NCBI GenBank assembly: GCA_030704615.1
Contig: CM060732.1
Location: forward strand, 78,678,001 to 78,742,000
DNA length: 64,000 nt
Direction of reading: 5' to 3'
Source of the DNA: Takakia lepidozioides
Lineage: Eukaryota; Plantae; Bryophyta
Shown: positions 1-11,478 of the stretch, in pieces
Layout: the number at the start of each line of letters is the position of its first letter
Position numbering within the stretch: the first letter of the stretch is position 1
Translations under genes and position numbers: made by a program
The notes under the pieces: generated by a model
The model's database searches: none
The model's input: only the letters and a program-made list of their open reading frames with translations
Told to the model about the DNA's origin: nothing

Positions 1-2203
1 CACGTAGCAAAAAACATGAGGGCATCTAAGAAAGAATGGGAAGTATCATATCTGGAAGAAGACCTCTGTAACAGGGCAGTACTTTATGAACCCTCTAACC
101 AACAGCAAAGGAGAGTAGATCCCACTCAGACATGAGATCAGGGGGAGTGGAAGGAACAATGGAAAATAGGGCCAACAGATCTGGACCATCAAAGCCAGAG
201 GAAGGCATAGGGGAAACAGCAGTGGGCAAGCACTTAGCGAGATCATCCAAAGAAGCATAAGGAGTAGGAGACTTAGGCTCGCTGCGTGTAAGAGCATCAG
301 CATTGCTGTTGGCCTTGCCCTTCTTGTATTGAATATCATATACATCTGAAGAGTTAAAGACTAGCAAGCCAGACGACCTGAGAGCTCATGAGGGGTCTTG
401 AGAGCCTTTAAAGGCAGATGATCAGTCTGAACAACAAAGGGACACCCGTGTAGATATTGCCTGAAATGTTTCACCCCAAAGATGACGGCAAGTCCTTCTT
501 TATTAGTAATGTTGTAATTCTTTTCATGTTTGTCAAGCATGCGTGAGGCATAGGCCACCACATGTTCCCTACCATCTTTCTTTTGACACAGAATAGCTGA
601 AACAGCCAGGTCAGAGGCATCAGTCTGAATGATAAATTGCAGCGAGAAATCAGGAAAGACTAGAATGGGTGCACTAGTGAGAGCAATTTTTAGTTGCTCG
701 AAAGCAGTGGTTTGAGACCGCCCCCAATGAAAACGAACATCTTTGCATAGTAACTGATTAAGCGTAGCGGCAATGTGAGCAAAGTGTTTAATGAAACGAC
801 GGTAGTAAGAGGCTAACCCAAGAAAGGCACGGACACAATTTTTGTCACGTGGAGTGGGATACTCCCACACGGCTTGGATCTTGGCTGGATCAGGGCTGAT
901 GCCTCTGCAGAGAAAAGGTGCCCAAGAAAATGAAGCTCCGTCATGCTCCGTCACATTTTTTTGCTTTCACTTTCAAGCTAGCTCCTCTAAGCGTGCAGAG
1001 TACCCGCTTCAGATCTAGCATGTGAGAATCAAAGTCAGCCGAGTAAACATTGATGTATCTACATACACCAATGCACATTCCCAACGTAAGTTTCCTAGAA
1101 CCACATCCATGAGACATGAAAGGTGGCAGTGGCATTACATAATCCAAAAGGCATGGTTTTGAACTGAAAGAGACTCATCTTACAGGTGAACGCAGTCTTC
1201 TCTTTGGCTGAGTCAGTGCGAGGGACCTGCCAAAAGCCCGCAGCAAGATCTAAAGAAGAGAACAGAGTGGCGCCATTGAGTCGATCCAGGGTATCATTCA
1301 TACGAGGCAAGGGATACACATCCATTTTGGTCGGGGCATTGAGATGTCTGAAATCCACAGAGAAACATGTGGTGCCATCCTTCTTGGCAACCAATACGAT
1401 AGGACTGGCCCAAGGGGAAATAAAGGGCTTGATTACCCCTGCACCAAGCATCTTAGTCAGTTCAGCCTGCATAATCTCTCTTTCTTTGACGCTTTCCCTA
1501 TAGGCATACTGCTTGACAGGGCTATCCTAAGTAACAATGTCATGCTTAAGAACGTCAGTGCGACCCAAGTCATGAGAACCAGCACTGAAGACATCAAGAT
1601 TGTCACGGATAACATGGTAAAGACGAGTCCTCTCATTCTCAGTGAGACTAGAGCCCATTCTAATCTCACCTAAGACCTGATCAAGATGAGCAGATTGCAC
1701 AGGAATGAGGGGGCTTACCTTTGGTCTAGCCACAGATTGGGCCAACAGAGCCACGTGATCTACAGGGTCATCAGACAGGCCAATGTCAACAAAACTCAAA
1801 GCATCTTGGACGTCTCCTAATTCTGTTAAAGAGGTGGCAGTAAGGCGTGCCAAGACCCGACCCTTACATATGGTGATAGATATGCGCTCAGGATTAGCAA
1901 CCAAAAGTCTGAGCTCTCCTCTGAAACCCCTGTCCATAACCCCGGATGCAATCAAATAAATGTTTGGAAAGCATGAGGCGCTTCCATCCTTCAACCTCAA
2001 GATAATGACCTTTGTGGACAAAGAAATGTTAAACCTAGGGAAACAATCCTTTGGGAAGAGGCAGGAATGACAAAATCAGTGGGGTTGCAAAGAAGAGTGG
2101 TGTTACCTGGAATGGGAATGGGAGGGCCACTCTTCTTACCAGGCAGAGGTGGCTGCCACTGATATAAAGTGGAAGGAGCAGTCTTGGTGAAGTTAAAGTA
2201 TTT
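1..2203 (-). mobile_element. Ty3/gypsy LTR retrotransposon pol, downstream part (dUTPase-like, RT, RNase H), degenerate
   Basis: RT motifs SPWASPIVLVAKKDG, LPRMNDTLDRL, LDLAAGFWQV, MPFGLCNA; YVDD broken by a 1-bp deletion near 1057; RNase H QTDAS...YASR...KEGLAV...QTDH (361-954). PR-RT-RH order is gypsy type; integrase would lie left of the window. Confidence 0.93.
1850..2110 (-). pseudogene. dUTPase-like domain between protease and RT
   Basis: DFVIPASSQRIVSLGL (frameshift) ...GVMDRGFRGELRLLVAN...ITICKGRVLARL resembles trimeric dUTPase motifs 3 and 4; motif 5 not seen. Confidence 0.72.
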
Positions 2204-3049
2204 CACTAGAAGCATTCGTGTCGTTTCCGAATCGACTGCACGTCCAAAACCACTGAGGGAACAACTTTGAGATGTTTGTTACTACTGCACAGTCGTAACG
2301 GATAAATTCACATTTCTACTGGCGGATAGAAGTTGCATCAATGACTCCGCAGTCGGCACAATATTCGCGGCGATTTAATTCAATTACGTAATTTTTTATT
2401 TTTTTTAAAACAACAATTACAAGTGGTTTTAAGCACTAGAGAATGACTCTTAACAACTAGGCATTCATTGCACACCCTATTCAAAAATGGAATTTTTATA
2501 AGTGCTCCACATGGCTCATGATGTGGAATATTTTAATGTATTTTAGGGCTTGTGTGGCTCGTAGAGATTGTTCTAATCGTCGGATGTAAAATGATCTAAG
2601 GGTGGAAGAGTAACTTTGTCCTTTGCCTGAATTTGTCCAAGTGTTGGGAGAGGGATGGAGGCTTGAGAGAGAGACGAACAAGTGATGCGAGAAGGACGAA
2701 GACCAAATCGAGGTCCATGTCCTGTTGTTGCAAGCGTTTATGGCGTCAAGGGCGCATTATGTGCAAATGTGGGCTCTTGGCTCCCCTTTGTACCATGATT
2801 TGGTATTCTTCCTGATGATCACAAGGTTCTTGGGGGAATCAGCTTGGTCTTAGCAACCCATATTTTAATCTCTGCCCGCTCAGCTGCACCGTGGTGGTTC
2901 TTACGAACCAATCCCACATTATCTGACTAGAGATACAAGCAGCACGCACAAGAGGTCTTCTTGGGTTCATGGTCAGTCTAATCCGCAATGGGTCATGACA
3001 CAAGGTAGAGGACAATGTGGTGAGGGCACCTTCTTCTTCGAGCTATTTC

Positions 3050-3871
3050 AGCCTATTTTGCCGAGATGTAGTGTCGTGGAGTGCGATGCTTGCAGGGTAT
3101 GCAAAGCAGGGACGTGGGATGGAGGCTTTGGAGACCTATGAAGTTGCGAAGGGAGAGTTTGATAACATGGCTGAACAAGATGTTGTCTCAAGGAACACGC
3201 TGAATCTCGCAAGATATGGCCAGCATGTGTGCGGGATGAGGGCATTGGAGACATATGAGCAAATGTTGAGAAGAGGTGCAGCCTGACCGGGTTACGTTCA
3301 TTTGTGTTTGCAATGCATGTGCAAACCTGGCAGCCCTAGAGACTTGGTAAAGGGCAAAGAGGTCCATCGTGACATTGTCAAAGCTGGAACTGTACCAGAT
3401 GTAACAATACCTCGTCGACATGTATGCCAAACGTGGGAGCATTCCCTTGTGGACAAGGAGTGTTTAACAATATGGCTGAGCAAAATGTGGTGTGGTGGAA
3501 CGTGATGATCGCAGGACATGCACAACATGGGCGGGGATTGCGGGTTTTGGAGACCTATGAGCAAATGATGTGGGTCTAGGGGGTGAAGCCCGAGCACATT
3601 ACGTTTGTTTGTGTTTGTAGTGCATGTGCGAGCCTGTTGGAGAAGGGCAAAGAGGTCCATGGTTGCATCGTCAAAGCTGGAATTGTGGTAGATGTCATTC
3701 TGAACATGAATACCCTTCTAGATAGGGAGTGTTCAACAACATGGCTGAGCGAAATGTGGTGTCGTGGAAAGTGATGATCGCAGGACATGCACAACAAGGG
3801 CGGGGATTGCAGGTTTTGGAGACCTATGAGCAGTTGATGTGGGAGGGGGTGAAGTCCAACCACATTACGTT
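3050..3871 (+). pseudogene. PLS-class PPR gene fragments (tandem motifs, frameshifted)
   Basis: RDVVSWSAMLAGYAKQGRGMEALETYE; FNNMAERNVVSWKVMIAGHAQQGRG; PEHITFVCVCSACASLLEKGKEVHGCIVKAG. Confidence 0.88.
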
Positions 3872-5785
3872 CAGAGAGTTCAAATGCCTCTCCACCATGA
3901 CCTTGCTTAGCTAACCATGCCTTGCTGATGTTGTTGTCTTGCACTTGAGCTGTTTTTGGACACTGGCTGGAACATCCACAAGGCGGCTTTGCTCGAGAGA
4001 GAAATCAGCTTGAATGCAGGGGCAGATTTTGAGATCACAATCGCCACTCAGAACGTTGTTCTTTGCACCGGCATGGCATGTCAGCATGCATATCAGCCCA
4101 AACTCATTACTCCGTGAGCCTTCCACTGCCGGAGTGTGCCTATTCAAGCCAGATCTTCGAAACGCAGGGATGGAACGGGGTTTTGAAACCAGCATTGCCT
4201 AATTGGATACCCAATTCAGCTCCGCATCCTGGTCCATTAATCTGCTGCACATTGTGAAGTTTTCTGCCCGTTCACCGCAAGTTGAATAAGGAGTATTCTT
4301 AAAACACGGGTACTCATAATCTGAAAATGGCTCCAGCTTATGTTGCTTGAGTGCGAATATGAGTGTTGGTTGGCTTGGCAGCTTTACATCTGGTCCATCC
4401 CACTCGATATGATGAGCAGGTTCAGCTTGACTTCTCTCACACAAAAGAGGTTGGTTGTCTTGGGTCTTGGCAGGGTTTCCCACAACCGCCTTTCCTTTTC
4501 AGACTGCCAGTCATCAGCCTCGTTCTCCAATGCTTCACTTTCTTCCCAAGTGAAGTGCTCTCCTCTTTTATGCTTCAACGTCCCTGCAGGTGTCTTTTCC
4601 TTCATCTCCCGTGGTGCTTTCGAATGAATGAGCACTGATTTACATCTATTGGCAACACTTACGATGTCCCTTTCCTTGCATGCCACTGCAGGCCCGCATT
4701 GACTTTCTTGGCAGGGAAGTCTCCTCCTTCTCCCTCATTTTCTAGCTCTGTTGGTGCCCCACTCACCATGCTATCAGGGCTGCACTTATTTTGTGGTGTT
4801 GCGCCAGCCAAGGGCAATCTTTCACTGGTCCGATTGTTGGCAATAGCTGATTGGAGTCTTCTTGGCAGAGTCTCCCACGAGCTCCCATCAATTTCAGGCA
4901 TCAGGTTTTCTACCCTGCCCTTCCACTTTTCATAAGCGAGGTGCCTGTCTTCCTCCCTTTCACTCTTCAGCGTCTCAGGCAGATTTTTCTTCATGCGATT
5001 GCTGCTCCCATACTTCCAGTCCTTGTTTAATTTTCTCCAGCCATCACCCTCAGATTTGACAAGGTATTGCTGCCCTTCCTTGTGTCTTTCCTCACTCCCA
5101 GCTGCTGGTTTTATCCCAGATTCACCTCTCATCCTTGCCTGGGGTTTTGCTTGCCAAACAGCCCTTGTGTGGGGAACTTCAACGAAAGGCAACATCTCAT
5201 TCTCAGCTCCTGTCTTTGTACCTCTTTGCAGCAGTCCAGCCTCGGGTGCCTCACTTTCTGATTGCTGGGTTGCATTCTTCGCCGCCAACCTTTGACAAGA
5301 AAGTGTGCTCCATCTTCCTCATCTCCTACTGGTTCCCTTGATGCTTCACCTCGTATGTCTTCCTCCTCATGTTTTAGCAGCAGCTCCCATGCTTGAATTG
5401 CTACTTTTCCTCGTAGTTGATATTGTGCTTTCCTTTTTTACCGTAGCCTAATCAACAGTTTTGTCTTGGCAGCTCCCTTGCCATGAGTACCTTGTCTCAC
5501 TGCATCTCCCTTGGCTGCCCACCATCCGTGCACGATGTTGCTTCTTCCCTACAGCTCATCATGTGTTGTGGCTCTTTCCCATGTTGCACTCACTCCCATC
5601 ACACGTTGTGCAGTTGATAAGACTGAGATGAGTTGATGCAGGATATGGGGAGGGCTTGCTGGTGTATGTTGTCGGATAGGCCCTATGCACAGAGTCAAAG
5701 CTGAAAGTCAGCCTTGCAAGGACCCAAGTGAGAGAAGTCTGGTGGGGGTAGCATCTTGGGGGATGGCAGTTAGGGCAATGTGTGT

Positions 5786-5855
5786 CTAGGGCAATATATG
5801 TCATAGCAGCGGGTGATGTGCTAGGGCAATATATGTCATAGCAGCGGGTGATGTG
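5786..5855 (+). repeat. 35-bp tandem repeat x2
   Basis: ctagggcaatatatgtcatagcagcgggtgatgtg repeated exactly. Confidence 0.9.
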
Positions 5856-5945
5856 CTGCCAGAGGATAGAGACAGCCTGTAAGCTGTAGATTTGTATAAG
5901 TGGTTTCTTCTGACACATATTGCTCCCAGTTTGCCACAACCAGTT

Positions 5946-6088
5946 GTTTGCGTTTGTAGTGCATGTGCGAGCCTACTGGGGAAGGGCAAAGAGGTCCATG
6001 GTTGCATCGTCAAAGCTGGAATTGTGGCAGATGTCATTATGAACAATACCCTTGTGGACAGGGAGTGTTCAACAATATGGCTGAGCGA
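5946..6088 (+). pseudogene. PPR fragment continuing the motif interrupted at ~3871
   Basis: VCVCSACASLLGKGKEVHGCIVKAG, closely similar to 3606-3751. Confidence 0.85.
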
Positions 6089-6109
6089 AGGATAGAGTGT
6101 AATGACTGC

Positions 6110-7102
6110 TAATGAAGGCACCTTCTTCAATTTCACCTTGTTTTCCCCTCTTATCAGAATCGCCCCTAATTATTCATGTCTGAATTCTGCAAGTTAGCTG
6201 GTTGAGTGAAGCTTTGATAGTTTGGAGTGACTTTGACATGATTCTCCCAATGTGACAACAGGAAAGTATCAGAAACAGGTAACACAGACGAGGAGAAGTT
6301 GTGGAATGAATATTTTTCTGACCCCAGTCAATGGTGGGACAATCGAGTCAAGAAGGTGAATGTTTGTTGGATTATAGAGAGTAGCAGATGCAATTGAGCG
6401 TAGGAACTAGTGTGATAAGTTGAGTTGGGTGCTTCCTAGAACAAGTCTAGGCTGTCATCGTCAACTGCTAGCAACAAGGCAAGGTTGTATGCATGATTCG
6501 TGCGAGGCATGGATAGTTGAAGGAGCAAGGATAGAGTGTGGGTGCAGATTCACCCAAGAGGGCCAGACTTCAAGCTCCAGATTAACTATGAAGCTACAAG
6601 AAACCTGCATGGGTAGATGGTCAACTGGCAGCAACGGCACAATTGATAAAATCAGACATTGTTAATGAAGGCATCTTCTTCAGCACATTTCACCCTGTTT
6701 TTCCCTCTTATTAGAATCGGTCCAAAATTTCCATGTTGAATTATGCAAGTTAACTGGTTGAGTGAATCTAGTTTGGAGTGACTTTGACATGATACTGCTA
6801 TGTGACAACAGGAAAGTATCAAAAAACAAGTAAAAGACATGAGGAGAAGCTGTGGAATGAGTACTTTTCTGCCCCCAGTCAATGATGGGACAACCGAGGC
6901 AAAAAGGTGAATGCCTGCTACATTTCAGAGAGTAGCAGACGCAATTGAGCATAGGAACTAGTGTGCAGGGGCATGGATAGCTGAAGGAGCAGGGATAGAG
7001 TGTGGTCCAGATTCATCCTAGAGGGCCAAATTTCAAGCACAAGATTTACCTATGATTCCCTGTGGATCAATAACTACAAGAAACCTCCATGGGTAGATGG
7101 TC
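6110..7102 (+). repeat. Diverged ~0.45-0.5 kb tandem duplication (6110-6622 / 6663-7102)
   Basis: Both copies start taatgaaggca and end gaaacct-catgggtagatggtc, with colinear internal blocks. Confidence 0.85.
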
Positions 7103-7549
7103 TATTCCGTGGAACTCACTGATGTCTTGCATTATGAGGATCAGAACTGCTTGACTTGCACGAGGCCTTGACCCTTAGGCAATCCCCAGAGCAGCAGTAG
7201 CTTTTGGGCTGTTTTTTTACTTTGTGTTTTTCATTTTGTCCCATAAGCTCTCTGAGCTTTCCGCAGATGTAATAAAGTACCATTTTGTTTCATTTCATTC
7301 ATTTTCATTTCATTTTGTTTCATGGCATGTCTTTCATCGTTTGTGCATTTCTAATGCATGATTAGTTCTCTTGTATGGCATTACTAGTCGACTCACTACA
7401 AACACCAAAACTCCAAAGCATGAATCACTATGAATGATTGTTCAAGTAATTTCGAGCACTTCATGTAAAGTAGTAAAGCAGTGGTTGCGCCAATTTCCGC
7501 AATCGCAATTGCCACTGGGAGTGTAGCACTGCAAGTTATGTGGTCTACT

Positions 7550-7935
7550 ACCACGTGGCGCCCCGGGCCCGTGGCCACGTGGCAGCAGTGGTGCTCGTCG
7601 TGGCGCCGCCACGTCGGCATCCACATCGTCGTCCACGTCCGCGTCCATGTGTCACCGCGCTTCAGTGAGTCGGTCCACTCATCCGGAGGGAAAAGTCAAA
7701 GTCAACCCAAAAGGTCAGACACACGGGCGGCCCGCCTGGTTACGCCACGTGGTTCTTCAGCATTAATCGCATTAATCGTTGAGCAGTTGTTCGCGCGTCT
7801 GCGTCCTTTACCACTCCAATCATTGGATGTCCAACCCAACAACCACGTCTGTTGTAACTAGTCTGTTGTAACTTCCAGTCGATCCCAGTTTTTTGACTTT
7901 TACGACTCAAAATGAGTCGTTACCCCAGTGGTAAA
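7550..7935. repeat. CACTA subterminal region with CCACGT(GG) motifs and short tandem repeats
   Basis: Multiple ccacgt(gg) motifs and gtctgttgtaact x2 just inside the right TIR. Confidence 0.55.
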
Positions 7936-7955
7936 TGACACGAATGCTTCTAGTG

Positions 7956-9145
7956 TTTGGTCCAATTGTACTGTTCACCAACCTGCCTTCTAGTCTCAGC
8001 AGCTATGGCACTCATGTGAGAGAGATGGGCAGTGGCGCAACTAGCTGGTAATAAAGCATAGTTAAGCTGCACCTTGTGGGGTGGGGATGTGCCACTAGCA
8101 AGCCACATGATGTTCTCAACTACATCAATTTTAGCCCCTGCAGCACACATCCAATCCAAGCCCAAAAACAATTGTTCGCCAATGGTAACTATACAAGTCA
8201 GCATAACAAACTTGCAACTGACCTTTATAGGAATGGTGACCAACCCTAGTGGTTCATAACGCGTGCCATTTGCAATGGTCACCTGCAGACCCGTGGCGGG
8301 AATGAGCTTCAAACCAAGCAGTCTAACTACAGATAATGGAACATAAGACATGGTACATCCAGTGTCAACTACGCATGGAAACGAGAGATGCCCTAGGTCA
8401 TGAGAGGGTGAACTCTTTCTTTCCTGAGCTTCCTGTTTGCTTCACAATGCATTAACTTGAATTCATTGGACAACATCACGGAGACAACAGGGTCACCTTT
8501 GATAGGGTGTTTGGAAAACTGACCGCTCGGCCCTTCACAAGCGATCTACCTTGTTTAAAGGTTGTTTGCCCTTCTGTTACGCTGGATCCGCTTATATTCA
8601 TCAATCATACTAGGGTCAAGATCTGCATAAGTGCAAAATCGGGTCCAATGCTCAAGTGACCCACAAATAAAGCAGGCCACACGCTTACCTTTGACCTCAT
8701 ACCTCGTGCTAGTCTGGGTATGGCCACGATGAGATTCAACAGGAGGAGGCTTGGCAAGTGTTGTCCGCCAGGAGCCTTCTGTCCTAACAGCCTGAAGCTG
8801 AGTGTGTAACTCCTGCTGTAAGGTCTTCACTTCCTACAGCAATGTGGGAGACACCTCTGTAGTGCCACCCTTAATCATAGTAGCCCCATGAGAACATTCT
8901 GAAGCACATTGAAGAGCAGAATGAGCAACAGGCAGACAGCTTTTGCCTAGTTTAGCATTTTTTAACCTCATCCGCTCATCCATCATCTCTACTATATGTC
9001 TTTTGTTCCGATAAGGATGCTTCTGCAAGTAGACCTGATCCGAGGCAGGTAAGCCAGTAATGAAGTAGGTTTTGAGTATGGCAATGCGTTCAGAGGGTAC
9101 CGGAATGGTCTTGACCACTGTAGTTTTCAACTCAGTGTAGTATTT
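7956..9145 (-). mobile_element. Same gypsy element, upstream part: partial gag with zinc knuckle and aspartic protease
   Basis: CFICGSLEHWTRFC (CCHC); VDTGCTMSYV...IANG...FLGLDWM retropepsin; 5' gag truncated by mitochondrial sequence. Confidence 0.9.
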
Positions 9146-10418
9146 CGAGCAGGTTTGTTGGGAGCGGCCCGGTATAGATCCTTGGAAACATGGAAGGAAG
9201 TACGGCTCGTACACCGTCTCCAGGATTGTACGAATCACTTCCCGTACCAGTATATCCTGGGATTCAGGTATATCTAGCGGTCTGAAAGAAAAAAAAATAG
9301 TTTGCTCCAAATTTTACCGAAACATTTTTGGAAAATCAATAAAAACCCTTTTTTTGCGAAATATTTTTGCTGCGACCTTCTGGCGTTTTTCGCCCCGAAA
9401 CGGAATTCGGAGTTGATCACCGAATCCCTCAGTGTTTCTGGTGCTTCGATCAAGGTGCCGCATATAGTTCCCCTATAACCACCGTTCCTCGAACCCGAAT
9501 TGGATGAAAGCTTAGGCGGCAATCCACAACAGATTGATGTCTTTTATGAGCCGAAAAAAGGCCTTCTGCCTTGCCTGGAACTGCTCTTTCTGACAATGTT
9601 TCCAAAGGGCAGGAAGGCGATCGGAATATGTAGAGGCGGAAAAAAAAATATATATTTTTTTTTCTTAGCCGCTTAGTCTCATCCGAGCGTAATCTCGATC
9701 TCTTCATGCTGCTTGAGTATGCAACGTACCGGTACGTCGATTTAGGCTCCTTCCCTTCCGCTGTACAGTGCCAGCGCTTTCCCCTCACAGGGTCTCTTTC
9801 GATTAGGCAGGTACTACAAGCCCTCTGCCCCATTCGAAAAAACAAACGTCCGAATGGTTCACCGGTTCCACCGAATGCTCGTAATTGGATGCTCTTGGGC
9901 ATCTCCGCGCAGTGCGCTTCAGGTGCTTTAGATACCCCAGGCTTTGACTTCGAAAGAATCAAGCGCTGTGCCTTTGATGCCTCGCCCTTTGCTCCGATTC
10001 CCATGAGCGTAGCGAAAAAAAAAATACTTTGGGGATCCCGGTTCCTTTGTTGTCCTGGTACGATCGTCACTAAGCTCCGTCGTACAAAGAAGACGCTGTA
10101 ATACTCCATTGGAGTCTTGCCGAACGCGCCCGGGCTAATATCCCACCTACACCTCACGTTCACGAATGACAAAAAAAAAAATAAATTTTTCCCCGTTCAA
10201 CTGCGTTTCGAAGAAACGGTTGGGTATCGCCCATGGGTTGGCTATTCCCTGTGATCCCCTTTCACGACAGGCTATGTTCCCCATTGGAAGTTCGTTCCGT
10301 TGGGTGTCTCTGGCGGTATATCCGTCAGATAAGTCGTGCCCGTCTCGTTGCAGACTTCTACAACGTCTCATTCGTCTGGCACAAATGAGCACTTTATTCG
10401 GTGACTTCACGGTCGCCC
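9146..10418 (-). other. Group II intron nad9i283, 3'-truncated, with maturase remnant
   Basis: 5' end GGGCGACC; RT2 remnant RPLDIP...VREVIRTILETVYEPYF...PGRS at ~9150-9285. Confidence 0.82.
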
Positions 10419-10650
10419 TCAGTAAATTATAAACTACTTCGAATCTTCGTTTTCGAGAAGGATAATCAACTGCACGAATATCGATCAAAACTTGAAAACG
10501 TGTATTGGTATGATATTTAAGAAACCATAATAATTGAGATAGGTAATCAGGATTGGTATATAATATATTTTCATGTTTTGATCTTTGAAATTGATGTATC
10601 CATTTTGGTAAAGTAGCTATCAGAGATTTGAAAAACGATTGGTCATCCAC
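10419..10650 (-). CDS. nad9: NADH dehydrogenase subunit 9, exon 1 only (GTG at the usual start position)
   Basis: FLKYHTNTRFQVLIDIRAVDYPSRKRRFEVVYNLL followed by an intron 5' end. Confidence 0.93.
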
Positions 10651-11397
10651 AAATCGTCTCTTTTTTTCTAGGAAGTGAACACATTAAAACACAAGTTGAA
10701 GGGCGAAGCAAAGTTTAGTATTACGAAGGATAAATAAAAAAGGGGGAGCTTCGCTGATTCCGGACTTTATTGACGTAATCCTTCATAGGCAGGATTTAGC
10801 CGGCATAACAAGGCCACAGGTTGCGCTTCTAAAGCCTCAACCTACGATTTATACTGCAGCCATTCAGAGAGCCACGGTTTCAACTACTTAATTAGCCAAG
10901 GACTCACTCAGAATAGGAAGTCTGAGGCCCGAAGTCAGAATATCTATGTATAGCTCACATGAAAAGGCCGAAGGTCCTTTCACGGACTTTCGTCTTCCTC
11001 AGATAGGGGAGGGGAGACCCTTATTCATTCTATGAAGATTCTTCTATAAATAGGGACTGGGTAAAATTATAAAATTGGGGCTGCAGAGATTAAAGGTAAG
11101 AAGGACCCCCACAGTAAATACGCTGCGTAGCCATTTAATCTCCAGTGCAAATGTTAGAATGTTACAGAGTGCTCCGCTACGAATCGAACCAATTCGAGCT
11201 TGTAAACCTGGTGAACCAGGGAAACCCAGGAAACGTGAAGCCAAAGATAATCTATATATTTTTTGGGGGCCAATACAAGGAGCGAAGCTAGCTTTCTTGA
11301 AAAGCTCGGTAAGTAAGCGCTACGCTGCGCCTTGCGTCTCAACCGAAAACTTTCGGGACGGAGGAAGCGGGGGCGAGGCGGGGCTCCAGCCCCCCTA

Positions 11398-11478
11398 ATG
11401 GACTAGGTCCTTAGAGGGCATACCCGCAAGACCTTCTCAAAGAACCGTACGTGGCAGTCGCCCGTCATACGGCTCCCC
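11398..11478 (-). other. Orphan group II intron domain V/VI
   Basis: GAGCCGTATGACGGGCGACTGCCACGTACGGTTC then a stem ending cctAgtccAT; no host exon recognised. Confidence 0.7.

Larger units (their letters stand above)
2204..7955. mobile_element. Non-autonomous CACTA (En/Spm) DNA transposon, Pack-type
   Basis: 19-bp perfect terminal inverted repeats CACTAGAAGCATTCGTGTC at 2204 and ending 7955; 3-bp TSD TTT (2201-2203, 7956-7958); removal restores the retrotransposon frame WTK|YFNF; no transposase seen inside. Confidence 0.93.

Noticed and set aside
5786-5855. 35-bp repeat as a CRISPR array
   Set aside because: Two adjacent copies, no spacers, eukaryotic context.
8552-8560. TTTAAAC heptamer at the gag stop as a -1 frameshift site
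   Set aside because: Not in X XXY YYZ phase with the gag ORF as sequenced.
10840-11110. Possible group I intron fossil
   Set aside because: S-like and R-like words lie on opposite strands; no coherent core.
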